DNA of 64,000 nucleotides from Clostridia bacterium (GTDB taxonomy: Bacteria > Bacillota > Clostridia > Christensenellales > Aristaeellaceae). A model generated the notes under the pieces. That model searched no databases and had not been told where the DNA came from. It was given only the letters and a program-made list of their open reading frames with translations. The DNA lies in NCBI GenBank assembly GCA_045590215.1, contig JAZNQO010000028.1:10144-74143 (forward strand), written 5' to 3'. The position numbers and the translations under genes are program-made. Below, piece by piece: positions 18,424-27,711 of the stretch (the first letter of the stretch is position 1; every line of letters begins with the position of its first letter).

Positions 18424-19230
18424 TCACTGTTTATTGTTTTCAATGAAGTTTTTCAGCCCGTCCAGCCATGCGGATTCAGCCACTTCCATATCCAGATCCA
18501 GATATTCCTTGATGCGGCCAATGGCATCCTGCACATGCTCGTCCGCCCGTGCGGCAAAGGATTCCGCTTCTTCGGGGGCTTCGTTCATCATGGGGATGCA
18601 AACCAGCCGGATATGCCGTGGGGTGAGCACCGCCACAGCATAGTAAATGCCGTCCACATAGCGGCCAAAGAAATTATTGCGCAGGGCACGCTCCAGCCGC
18701 CGCTGGGCATGATAATGATGATCGGAAAACACATCGCCCTGGGGCATATCAATTTCATACAGCACGCAAGTGCCCTTGGCATTGATGCGAAGACGGGTCA
18801 ATTTCAGCAAGCTTTCCAGCCTTTCCCAATCCCCGTATTCGCCGGAGAGCATATCGTGGATCAGCTCATCCCGCTGAATGGTGAGCATGGTTTCTTCGTC
18901 GTACACTTCATCGGAAAAATCCTGATGCAGCTTATCCAGCAATTGCCTTGTATCCTTCAGCACATTCATCTGCTTGTCCAGTTCGCTGTATACTTCAAAA
19001 ATCGGCAGGCTGGGGCGGCCATAATTCAAAAAGCGCACAAGGGACGTAGCCTTGGCTTTGGGCAAATGCAGCCCCACCGCATCCACAGCACTGGAGTTCA
19101 TCAGCTCAATGGCACTTTCCGCATTATCCACCATCTTTGGCGTGCGGCAATTCAGCTTTGCCCAGTCAATCTGTGTTTCAAACATCTGCCGGATATCTTC
19201 CCGATCCGTTACGATCAGCAGTTTGTACAT
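18424..19230 (-). CDS. hypothetical protein with N-terminal response-regulator-receiver-like fold, no recognisable output domain
   Basis: MYKLLIVTDREDIRQMF...PIFEVYS resembles a REC domain, but the acidic pocket and acceptor position look non-canonical by eye. GGAGGA precedes the ATG at 19230, and the gene ends 20 nt before the SPFH gene. Confidence 0.6.
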   Translation of the reverse strand: MYKLLIVTDREDIRQMFETQIDWAKLNCRTPKMVDNAESAIELMNSSAVDAVGLHLPKAKATSLVRFLNYGRPSLPIFEVYSELDKQMNVLKDTRQLLDKLHQDFSDEVYDEETMLTIQRDELIHDMLSGEYGDWERLESLLKLTRLRINAKGTCVLYEIDMPQGDVFSDHHYHAQRRLERALRNNFFGRYVDGIYYAVAVLTPRHIRLVCIPMMNEAPEEAESFAARADEHVQDAIGRIKEYLDLDMEVAESAWLDGLKNFIENNKQ

Positions 19231-19395
19231 GCAATTCCTCCATTTTTGCACAGGGTTCTCCCGAAGGATGAGGATGGGGCTCTGCTATTTATTGCTTTCT
19301 GTCACAAGCCCAAAGAATCATCAGCCAATTTGATAAAAAATCGGCTGATAACAATTATATCATAAATAAGAAGCGGATGCAATCATTTTTCCCTG

Positions 19396-20049
19396 TCAGC
19401 GGTTTTTCAGGAAAGAATAGATCAGGTTTTTCAGGATTTCGTGGCCGGCATCGTTGGGATGGAGCCCATCGGGAATATACATTTCCTGAATGGCAGGCAC
19501 ACGGGGCTGCAGGCCGCTTTCCCTGTACAAATCTAGAATGGGCAGGGAATAAAACTCCGCCACCTGCCGAATGGCGTTCACATAATCCAAAAGAACGCCT
19601 GCCCGCTTGCGGCCGTTTTCGTCGTAGATTTCATCTTCCGTCAGCCGGTGCAAGGGGGTCATGACGGCAATCAGGGCATTAGGGAAGCGGGTGATGAGGG
19701 AGGCATAGAGGGTGTGCAGGGCACCATAGAAGGTATCCGGCGTGCGGTCGTTCATATTGCCCATGGGCGCATCACCGTGACCAAAGTCATTGGTGCCGCC
19801 AAAGACCATAATCACGTCCGCATCGCTGTCCAGCTCCGGCACACGGGAGCAGAAGTCCAGGTCAAACCGGGGCTCGTCAGAGGGAACACGCTGCCTTGCA
19901 ATCCGGGTGCCGCTGATGCCGTGGTTCACCGTCAGGATGCCGTACTCGGATGCCAATAAATCCGCAAAGCAATAGCCGGGGCCGGATGTGCCGCAGCCTT
20001 CTGTGATGCTGTCGCCAAGAAAATCAATCTTCTGTCCAAGCATTTCCAT
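19396..20049 (-). CDS. SGNH/GDSL family hydrolase
   Basis: Block I FLGDSITEG, block III GGTNDF, block V DGLHPN. Confidence 0.85.
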   Translation of the reverse strand: MEMLGQKIDFLGDSITEGCGTSGPGYCFADLLASEYGILTVNHGISGTRIARQRVPSDEPRFDLDFCSRVPELDSDADVIMVFGGTNDFGHGDAPMGNMNDRTPDTFYGALHTLYASLITRFPNALIAVMTPLHRLTEDEIYDENGRKRAGVLLDYVNAIRQVAEFYSLPILDLYRESGLQPRVPAIQEMYIPDGLHPNDAGHEILKNLIYSFLKNR

Positions 20050-20053
20050 AAAT

Positions 20054-21583
20054 TCATTGTCCTCCTTCTTCTTTCTCACCCGGACGGATGAGGCTGGTTT
20101 CCCAAAGATCGTAGGTTTTATTCAACAAACGATGCTCTTTCACCTGCACAAACCCGGCATTTTTATACATCTTCACTGCATGGGGAGCCTGATCCAAAGC
20201 GGTCACAAACATCTCTTTCTCTCTGTTCAGCTTTTCTATTGCGAAAACCGTCGCCTTGGTACCGATGCCCTGCCTTTGATAAGCCGGATGAATGTACAGG
20301 GTGTAAAGCTCATTTTCCGCAGCGTCCAATACCAACACCCCCACGGCCTTTCCTTCCGTGCAGACGGCATACACCATCTTCCCCGTGCTGATATGGCTGC
20401 GCAGCAGCATCTCCATAAAAAGGGGTGTGTGCTCTTCCAAAAATGCCTTGGAAGCGTGCGCCCGATGCGCATCCTGCCAGCTCGCCTGATAGGCCTTGGC
20501 TGCTTCCGTTATTTTTTCCGGGCATTCGTTCAGGGAAACAAACGCAATCTCTTTCGTCAGTATTCTTTCCGCCAATTGCCGGGCAGCTTTTACCGCTGTA
20601 GGGATGGGCAAATCCTGCATCCCGGCAAGGGAAAACCATTGCCCCGGTCCTTTTTGCTTCACCTCGCAGTGCCATAACTGCATCTGCCAGATGCGATGGG
20701 TGAACACATGGCGAGCCTGCCCATGCTTTGTGAGCTTCACGGGCATTAAACCCATTTTTTTCAAGCCTTCTTTTACCTGCTCTTCCCCTTCCGCATCTTC
20801 CAGGAGGGGATACACCCATAAATTTTTCAGCAGTGCTTCCTTCCTTTGCAAAAGCAAAGCTTCCCCTTTGCAGGTTACAACCACCGCCGCCAGTTCCATT
20901 TCCACCGGCGGCTTTTGCACCGCCTTCACCGGCAAGTATTCCGCATCCCCTTCTTTTCTGGCATCGCAAAGCCCGAAAAGCGGGCATTTATCACATTCCG
21001 GCGTGCCGGGGCAGCAATGGGACGCCCCCAGATCCATCAACGCCTGATTGAAATCGCCGCAGCGTCTGTCCGGCATATCTTTCTTGGCTAACGAAAGCAG
21101 CTTCCGCTTCACCGAAGGAATGCCCACATCTTCCCTGACCCCATGCACACGGGAAAGCACCCTTGTGAGGTTGCCGTCCATGGCAGGGCAGGGCAAATCA
21201 AAGGCAATGGAGGCAATGGCAGCGGCGGTGTATTCCCCTACCCCCGGCAGGGAAAGCATCTTATCGTAATCCGCCGGAAAGATACCGCCCCATTCCTCTG
21301 CCACTTTCCCAGCCGCTTTATGCAAGTTCCGGGCACGGGAATAATACCCCAGCCCTTCCCACAGTTTCAATACGTCCTGCTGCGGTGCCTTGGCCAAATC
21401 AAACACCGTGGGAAACCGCTCCATAAACCGCAGAAAATACGCCCCTGCCGTTTCTGTCCTCGTTTGCTGCAGCATAATCTCGCTCACCCAGATGCGATAG
21501 GGGTCTTTTGTGCCCCGGAAGGGCAGGGTGCGGCCATAACGGTCATACCATGTAAGCAGCCGTTCCGATAACGCCTTTTCCAT
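20054..21583 (-). CDS. mutY: A/G-specific adenine DNA glycosylase MutY fused to a C-terminal GNAT acetyltransferase domain
   Basis: HhH-GPD region (WVSEIMLQQTR, LPGVGEYTAAAI). 4Fe-4S loop CCPGTPECDKCPLFGLC. MutT-like domain. An extra ~150 aa follow, with GNAT motif A YIHPAYQRQGIG. It is a single uninterrupted ORF. Confidence 0.85.
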   Translation of the reverse strand: MEKALSERLLTWYDRYGRTLPFRGTKDPYRIWVSEIMLQQTRTETAGAYFLRFMERFPTVFDLAKAPQQDVLKLWEGLGYYSRARNLHKAAGKVAEEWGGIFPADYDKMLSLPGVGEYTAAAIASIAFDLPCPAMDGNLTRVLSRVHGVREDVGIPSVKRKLLSLAKKDMPDRRCGDFNQALMDLGASHCCPGTPECDKCPLFGLCDARKEGDAEYLPVKAVQKPPVEMELAAVVVTCKGEALLLQRKEALLKNLWVYPLLEDAEGEEQVKEGLKKMGLMPVKLTKHGQARHVFTHRIWQMQLWHCEVKQKGPGQWFSLAGMQDLPIPTAVKAARQLAERILTKEIAFVSLNECPEKITEAAKAYQASWQDAHRAHASKAFLEEHTPLFMEMLLRSHISTGKMVYAVCTEGKAVGVLVLDAAENELYTLYIHPAYQRQGIGTKATVFAIEKLNREKEMFVTALDQAPHAVKMYKNAGFVQVKEHRLLNKTYDLWETSLIRPGEKEEGGQ

Positions 21584-21754
21584 GCGCCTCCCTCCTTTTA
21601 CTTGATTATATCACACTTTCTTCCCTGCCGGAAAGAGCAAATTTTCCCTGCACTAATGTATGGTGATGTACAACGCATCTTGTGGAAATTAAGGCAAAAG
21701 TATGTTATTGATAAATTTTTTTCTAAATTCGTCCCGATTTTGCAAAATTAACTG

Positions 21755-21783
21755 TTGTGAAAATCCGCAGAATGTAATATACT
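21755..21783 (+). promoter_or_regulatory. candidate groESL promoter
   Basis: TTGTGA, a 17-nt spacer, then TATACT, immediately upstream of CIRCE. Confidence 0.5.
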
Positions 21784-21798
21784 ATGCAAGGAAGGGTT

Positions 21799-21825
21799 TT
21801 AGCACTCTTTGCTTTTGAGTGCTAA
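21799..21825 (+). promoter_or_regulatory. CIRCE operator (HrcA binding site)
   Basis: TTAGCACTC-TTTGCTTTT-GAGTGCTAA is a perfect match to the TTAGCACTC-N9-GAGTGCTAA consensus, 34 nt upstream of groES. Confidence 0.95.
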
Positions 21826-22143
<318 letters not shown>

Positions 22144-22160
22144 GCATTTCGCGATTTTAG

Positions 22161-23801
<1,641 letters not shown>

Positions 23802-23871
23802 GAAAGGCTGCGCTCTCGTTAAGTGATGGGATAGTCTTGTAAGAACGGAGCAGGAGCTTACGCAGCCTCTG

Positions 23872-24240
23872 TACCCCTCGGCAGGGGCATTGACCCTGCA
23901 CCCATCCTGCGAAAATTCGCCCGTTATCCCGGCCATTCTTACCGCATAAAACTTAAAAAGCGGATATAAGTATAGCCGCGGGCGCAAAGAAAACACGAAA
24001 AAGGCGTTGGAAGAAACTTGTTTCCATCCACGCCTTTTTCTTTTTTCCCGGATGCTTTGCATCCGCCAGGCGGCATATCTGCCGCCGTACCCGTGCGGCT
24101 GTGCCGCAGTCGACCCGCAAAATTACAATTGTCTTCTGCAATAGCTTATCTGCGTGTTTCTTGCAACAGCGGCTCACAGTTCACTGGATAGCATCCGCCA
24201 AATCCGCTGCCGGGTCAAGGGGCCATGCCCCTCGCCGGCG
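23872..24240 (+). repeat. intergenic composite repeat, copy B
   Basis: Colinear with 1490-1830. The core at 24159-24238 is 76/80 identical to 1738-1817. Confidence 0.85.
24002..24047 (+). terminator. intrinsic terminator of groESL, embedded in repeat copy B, about 200 nt after the groEL stop
   Basis: AGGCGTTGGAAGAAAC-TT-GTTTCCATCCACGCCT hairpin followed by TTTTTCTTTTTT. Confidence 0.8.
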
Positions 24241-24277
24241 CATCTTTCCCCATAAACCCATCTATTTCGCACTTCGG

Positions 24278-24311
24278 TTCGACCATGAACCGGGGTGTTT
24301 TTTTCTATACT
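24278..24311 (+). promoter_or_regulatory. candidate spoIIG-type promoter (0A-box-like TTCGAC, 22-nt spacer, TATACT)
   Basis: TTCGAC at 24278-24283, a 22-nt spacer, then TATACT at 24306-24311, 22 nt upstream of the spoIIGA ATG. The 22-bp spacing matches the unusual B. subtilis spoIIG promoter geometry. Confidence 0.4.
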
Positions 24312-24332
24312 TTTTTTCGGGGAGGCGGCAAG

Positions 24333-25136
24333 ATGGTTGTGCAGGGAGAGAAGTATTTTCTGTTGGTCAGCTTTGTGCATCTGATATGCCTGCTCTGCGC
24401 AAAAGAGGTTTTGTGTCTGCCCCTGAAGCCCGGAAAAGCCTTTCTTGCCTGCCTTTTTGCCGGGGGCTATTCCCTGCTGGCACTCTTACCAAATTGGCCC
24501 TTGCAGCGCATCCCGTTTTTAATCGCCGGCATCATCATGACAGGCGTTATCGCCTTTGGAAAAAGCGGCTTTTCGGCCAGCCTGCCCATGCTGATCTGCG
24601 GCTTTTGCTGCGGCGGCATTTTCCGCTTTTTCGCCCTACGCCAAGGGGGGCTAATTCCTGCCATAGCAGGCGGCCTTTGCTGCCTTCTTTTCTTTTGCCG
24701 GAAAAAGCCGCCGCTGCCCCTTTGCGCCCTGCGCATCACATTTCAAGGCAAAGAGGTGCAGCTTTCCGCCTTTTATGATACGGGCAATTCCCTGCATCAT
24801 CCTCTTTTCCGCCTGCCTGTTATTGTGGCCGGGGAAGAAGCTCTTCAGCCGCTTTTGCCCACAAATTTTCGTGCGGAGGATGCCGCAACGCTTCCCATAG
24901 GCTTTACCCTGCTCCCCTGTACCACCGTCCACGGCAGAAAGATGCTCCCTTGCTTTCACCCGGATGAAATACGCCTTCTGCCGGAAAAGAGAAAGATAGA
25001 CGCCCTCATTGCCCTTTCCCCGGAAAAGCTGCCTAACGCCCTGCTCCCAAACACCATTATTCCAAAGGAGGCCCCGTTATTATGGAAAAGAAAACCGCTC
25101 ACCGGGAAATCACCTCCCCCCTCCGTCAATGGATGA
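24333..25136 (+). CDS. spoIIGA: sigma-E processing aspartic peptidase SpoIIGA
   Basis: Polytopic N-terminal half plus the catalytic FYDTGNSL motif. It sits directly upstream of sigE. Start at the ATG at 24333 after GGAGG. Confidence 0.9.
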   Translation: MVVQGEKYFLLVSFVHLICLLCAKEVLCLPLKPGKAFLACLFAGGYSLLALLPNWPLQRIPFLIAGIIMTGVIAFGKSGFSASLPMLICGFCCGGIFRFFALRQGGLIPAIAGGLCCLLFFCRKKPPLPLCALRITFQGKEVQLSAFYDTGNSLHHPLFRLPVIVAGEEALQPLLPTNFRAEDAATLPIGFTLLPCTTVHGRKMLPCFHPDEIRLLPEKRKIDALIALSPEKLPNALLPNTIIPKEAPLLWKRKPLTGKSPPPSVNG

Positions 25137-25816
25137 AGCTATTTTTTGCGCCGCTGTATGCCGGAAATATTCACTATATCGGCGGTGCCGATCCCTTGCC
25201 CCAGCCCTTGACCCCAGAGGAAGAAAAAAAGCTGATGGCCCATCTGCATAAAGACGACGGCACGGTGCGCTCCATCCTGATTGAACGGAATCTGCGGCTG
25301 GTGGTGTTCATTGCAAGGAAGTTTGACAATACCAACGTGGGGCTGGAAGACCTCATTTCCATCGGCACCATCGGCCTTATCAAGGCCGTCAACACCTTCG
25401 ACCCGGATAAAAAAATCAAGCTGGCTACCTATGCCAGCCGTTGCATTGAAAACGAAGTGTTGATGTTCCTGCGCCACAACAGCAAACTGCGCCATGAAAT
25501 ATCACTGGACGAACCCCTGCGCACGGACTGGGACGGCAACGAGCTGCTGCTTTCTGACGTCCTTGGCACGGAAAGCGATCTGGTGTCCCGCGGCATTGAA
25601 GAGGATGCGGAGCGGCAGCTGCTCCACGGGGCATTATCCCATCTCTCCCCACGGGAGCAGCGCATCATGCACATGCGCTTTGGCATGGCAGGCTATCGGG
25701 AAATGACCCAGAAGGAAGTGGCGGATGTGCTGGGCATCAGCCAGTCTTACATCTCCCGGCTGGAAAAGCGCATCCTGAACCGCCTGCAAACGGAAATGCT
25801 GCGCATCTCTTCCTAA
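25082..25816 (+). CDS. sigE: RNA polymerase sporulation sigma factor pro-sigma-E
   Basis: [17 protein letters not shown]...[20 protein letters not shown]...[17 protein letters not shown]...[13 protein letters not shown] is near-canonical SigE. The long start at 25082 (AAAGGAGG 10 nt upstream) gives a pro-sequence comparable in length to B. subtilis and overlaps spoIIGA by 55 nt. The alternative start is 25133. Confidence 0.92.
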   Translation: MEKKTAHREITSPLRQWMKLFFAPLYAGNIHYIGGADPLPQPLTPEEEKKLMAHLHKDDGTVRSILIERNLRLVVFIARKFDNTNVGLEDLISIGTIGLIKAVNTFDPDKKIKLATYASRCIENEVLMFLRHNSKLRHEISLDEPLRTDWDGNELLLSDVLGTESDLVSRGIEEDAERQLLHGALSHLSPREQRIMHMRFGMAGYREMTQKEVADVLGISQSYISRLEKRILNRLQTEMLRISS

Positions 25817-25855
25817 AGAAAACGCCGGAAGGTTTTCCCTCCGGCGTGTTTTTAT
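25816..25855. terminator. bidirectional intrinsic terminator between sigE and the Nudix gene
   Basis: ACGCCGGA...TCCGGCGT stem with T-runs on both strands. Confidence 0.75.
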
Positions 25856-26292
25856 CAAGCGATATTCTGCTGTAAAAATGTATTTGCCTTGGCCAGAATT
25901 TCCTTGAAGCTGTCAAAGCGAAACGCCGCCTTAGCTTCCGCATAATCCATCAGGGCAATGCGGCTGATTTCCTTTTCCTGCGGCCGGAACGCCTGATTTT
26001 CGTAGGCCGCCAGAAAATAAACTGTTCTTTTCACCCGCTCCGGGTGGCCTTCCCTGGCCAAATTATGCTCGTCCACCGCCCGGAAGCCCTCGATGAAGCG
26101 CACTGAAAGCCCGGTTTCCTCCCGGATTTCCCGGTCTGCGGTGTCTTTTTCCGTTTCGCCTTCTTCCATATGCCCCTTGGGAAACACCCAGAAGCCCTCT
26201 TTTTCCTGCACCAGCAGATACCGAAGGCCGTCTTCCGTCATGGTAAAAACCACGGCACCGCAAGACACTTCACACCCATTTGCGCCGCTCAT
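25855..26292 (-). CDS. NUDIX hydrolase
   Basis: Nudix box GHMEEGETEKDTADREIREETGL. Start at the ATG at 26292 (GGAGAG upstream), which avoids overlap with the AKR gene. Confidence 0.85.
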   Translation of the reverse strand: MSGANGCEVSCGAVVFTMTEDGLRYLLVQEKEGFWVFPKGHMEEGETEKDTADREIREETGLSVRFIEGFRAVDEHNLAREGHPERVKRTVYFLAAYENQAFRPQEKEISRIALMDYAEAKAAFRFDSFKEILAKANTFLQQNIA

Positions 26293-26303
26293 TTCTCTCT
26301 CCG

Positions 26304-27224
26304 TCAGGGCAGGATATGGCCGGCAGACAGATACAGCCGATACCATTCTTCCCTCGTCAAATCCACCTTTTCCGCATCCACGATTTCCTGCAGCCGCTTT
26401 TCGCTGGCCGTGCCGGACACCACCTGCATCTTCGCCGGATGCCGCAAAATCCACGCCGTGGCAATGGTGGTTTTGGTCACGCCGTATTGCGCTGCCAGCT
26501 TCTCCATTTCGGCGTTCAGTTCCGGGTACTTTTCGCTGTCAATGAAGCAGCCCTGCCAGTTTTCCATCTGGAAGGGGCTCCACGCCTGAATGGTCATTTC
26601 ATTCAGCCGGGAATAGTCCAGCACGCTTCCATCCCTGTCCGCAGAACCGGCGGTGGTCATATTGGCCTCCAGCCCGGCGGCCACCATATTGGAAACGGGA
26701 ATGCTGAACTGCAATTGGTTAATCATCAGCGGCTGCTTCACGTATTTTTTCATCAGCTCAATCTGGGAAGGCTTGTGATTGGATACGCCGAAATAGCGCA
26801 CCTTGCCGCTCTGCCGCAGCCTGTCAAAGGCCTCTGCCACTTCTTCCGGCTCCATCAGGGCATCCGGGCGGTGCAGCAGCAGCACGTCCAAATATTCCGT
26901 CTGCAATCTTTCCAGAATGCCGTCCACGGAGGAGAGAATATATTCCTTGGAAAAATCAAAGAACCCCGGCCGGATGCCGCATTTGGACTGCAGGAACAAA
27001 TCTTCCCTGCGGATGGAAGCGTCTTTCTTCATGGCTTCGCCGAAAATACGTTCGCTCTGGCCGCCGCCGTAGATATCCGCATGGTCAAAATAATAGGCGT
27101 CCATCTCCAGCGCCGCATGCAAAAACCGCTGCATTTCGTCCACATTCTTCTGCGCCAGCCGCATGCACCCAACCACTACCGCCGGGGCGTTCATCTGGGT
27201 GCCGCCCAAAATAATCTGTTTCAT
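26304..27224 (-). CDS. aldo/keto reductase
   Basis: FDHADIYGGGQSE...LLLHRPD...GVSNH pattern of the AKR family. Confidence 0.88.
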   Translation of the reverse strand: MKQIILGGTQMNAPAVVVGCMRLAQKNVDEMQRFLHAALEMDAYYFDHADIYGGGQSERIFGEAMKKDASIRREDLFLQSKCGIRPGFFDFSKEYILSSVDGILERLQTEYLDVLLLHRPDALMEPEEVAEAFDRLRQSGKVRYFGVSNHKPSQIELMKKYVKQPLMINQLQFSIPVSNMVAAGLEANMTTAGSADRDGSVLDYSRLNEMTIQAWSPFQMENWQGCFIDSEKYPELNAEMEKLAAQYGVTKTTIATAWILRHPAKMQVVSGTASEKRLQEIVDAEKVDLTREEWYRLYLSAGHILP

Positions 27225-27249
27225 CGCTCTTCCTCCCGTTCAAAACCCT

Positions 27250-27594
27250 TCAAGCCTTATTTCTCAATTCATTTTCCGGCTTTTTCATTTCAAAATGAAT
27301 AAGTAAGCTCAAAACGGCACGCAGCAAAATCACCGCACCCAGTACAATCAGTTCGCTCAAATCATGTACCAGCACGGTTTTCAAAATCTCCGCCGCCATC
27401 TTGAATTCCAGGCCGGTGGCCAGCCCTGTGGCCAGATGATGCTGCAAATCCAGATTCTTTTTCATGAAAGCATTCTGGATGTATTCCCAAAAAGCATGGA
27501 TGGCACTCCACACTACAACCAATATGCCCATGATTTCCAGCATGGAAATAATATAAGGCAATGCAATATGAACAGCCTCTTCCAATATGTTCAT
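27250..27594 (-). CDS. small membrane protein (DUF1622-like)
   Basis: Three hydrophobic helices in 114 aa. The family name is recalled from memory only. Confidence 0.55.
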   Translation of the reverse strand: MNILEEAVHIALPYIISMLEIMGILVVVWSAIHAFWEYIQNAFMKKNLDLQHHLATGLATGLEFKMAAEILKTVLVHDLSELIVLGAVILLRAVLSLLIHFEMKKPENELRNKA

Positions 27595-27671
27595 GCTTTT
27601 CCCTCTCTTTCTTTTTTATCCTATCATATCTGCCAGCTGTTTACAAGCCCACATTCTTACCCGTTGGTGAC

Positions 27672-27697
27672 AAAAAACCGGAAGGTTTTCCTTCCGG
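27672..27697 (-). terminator. intrinsic terminator of leuS
   Basis: The minus strand has a CCGGAAGG-AAAAC-CTTCCGG hairpin followed by TTTTTTG. Confidence 0.8.
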
Positions 27698-27711
27698 CTT
27701 ATTGGATATCA

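Noticed and set aside
20310-20987. 225-aa alternative-frame ORF inside mutY
   Set aside because: It lies on the same strand as the MutY-GNAT ORF but in a different frame. The product is Gly/Arg/Ala-rich low-complexity with no RBS. The MutY frame carries all recognisable motifs.
24101-24778. + strand ORFs that translate the conserved 80-nt core (LQQRxTVHWIASAKSAxGSRG), here and at 1533..2459
   Set aside because: Similarity is confined to the core. The ORFs then continue into unrelated sequence (antisense of the CotH gene in one case, an out-of-frame overlap of spoIIGA in the other). The conservation is at the nucleotide level, not the protein level.
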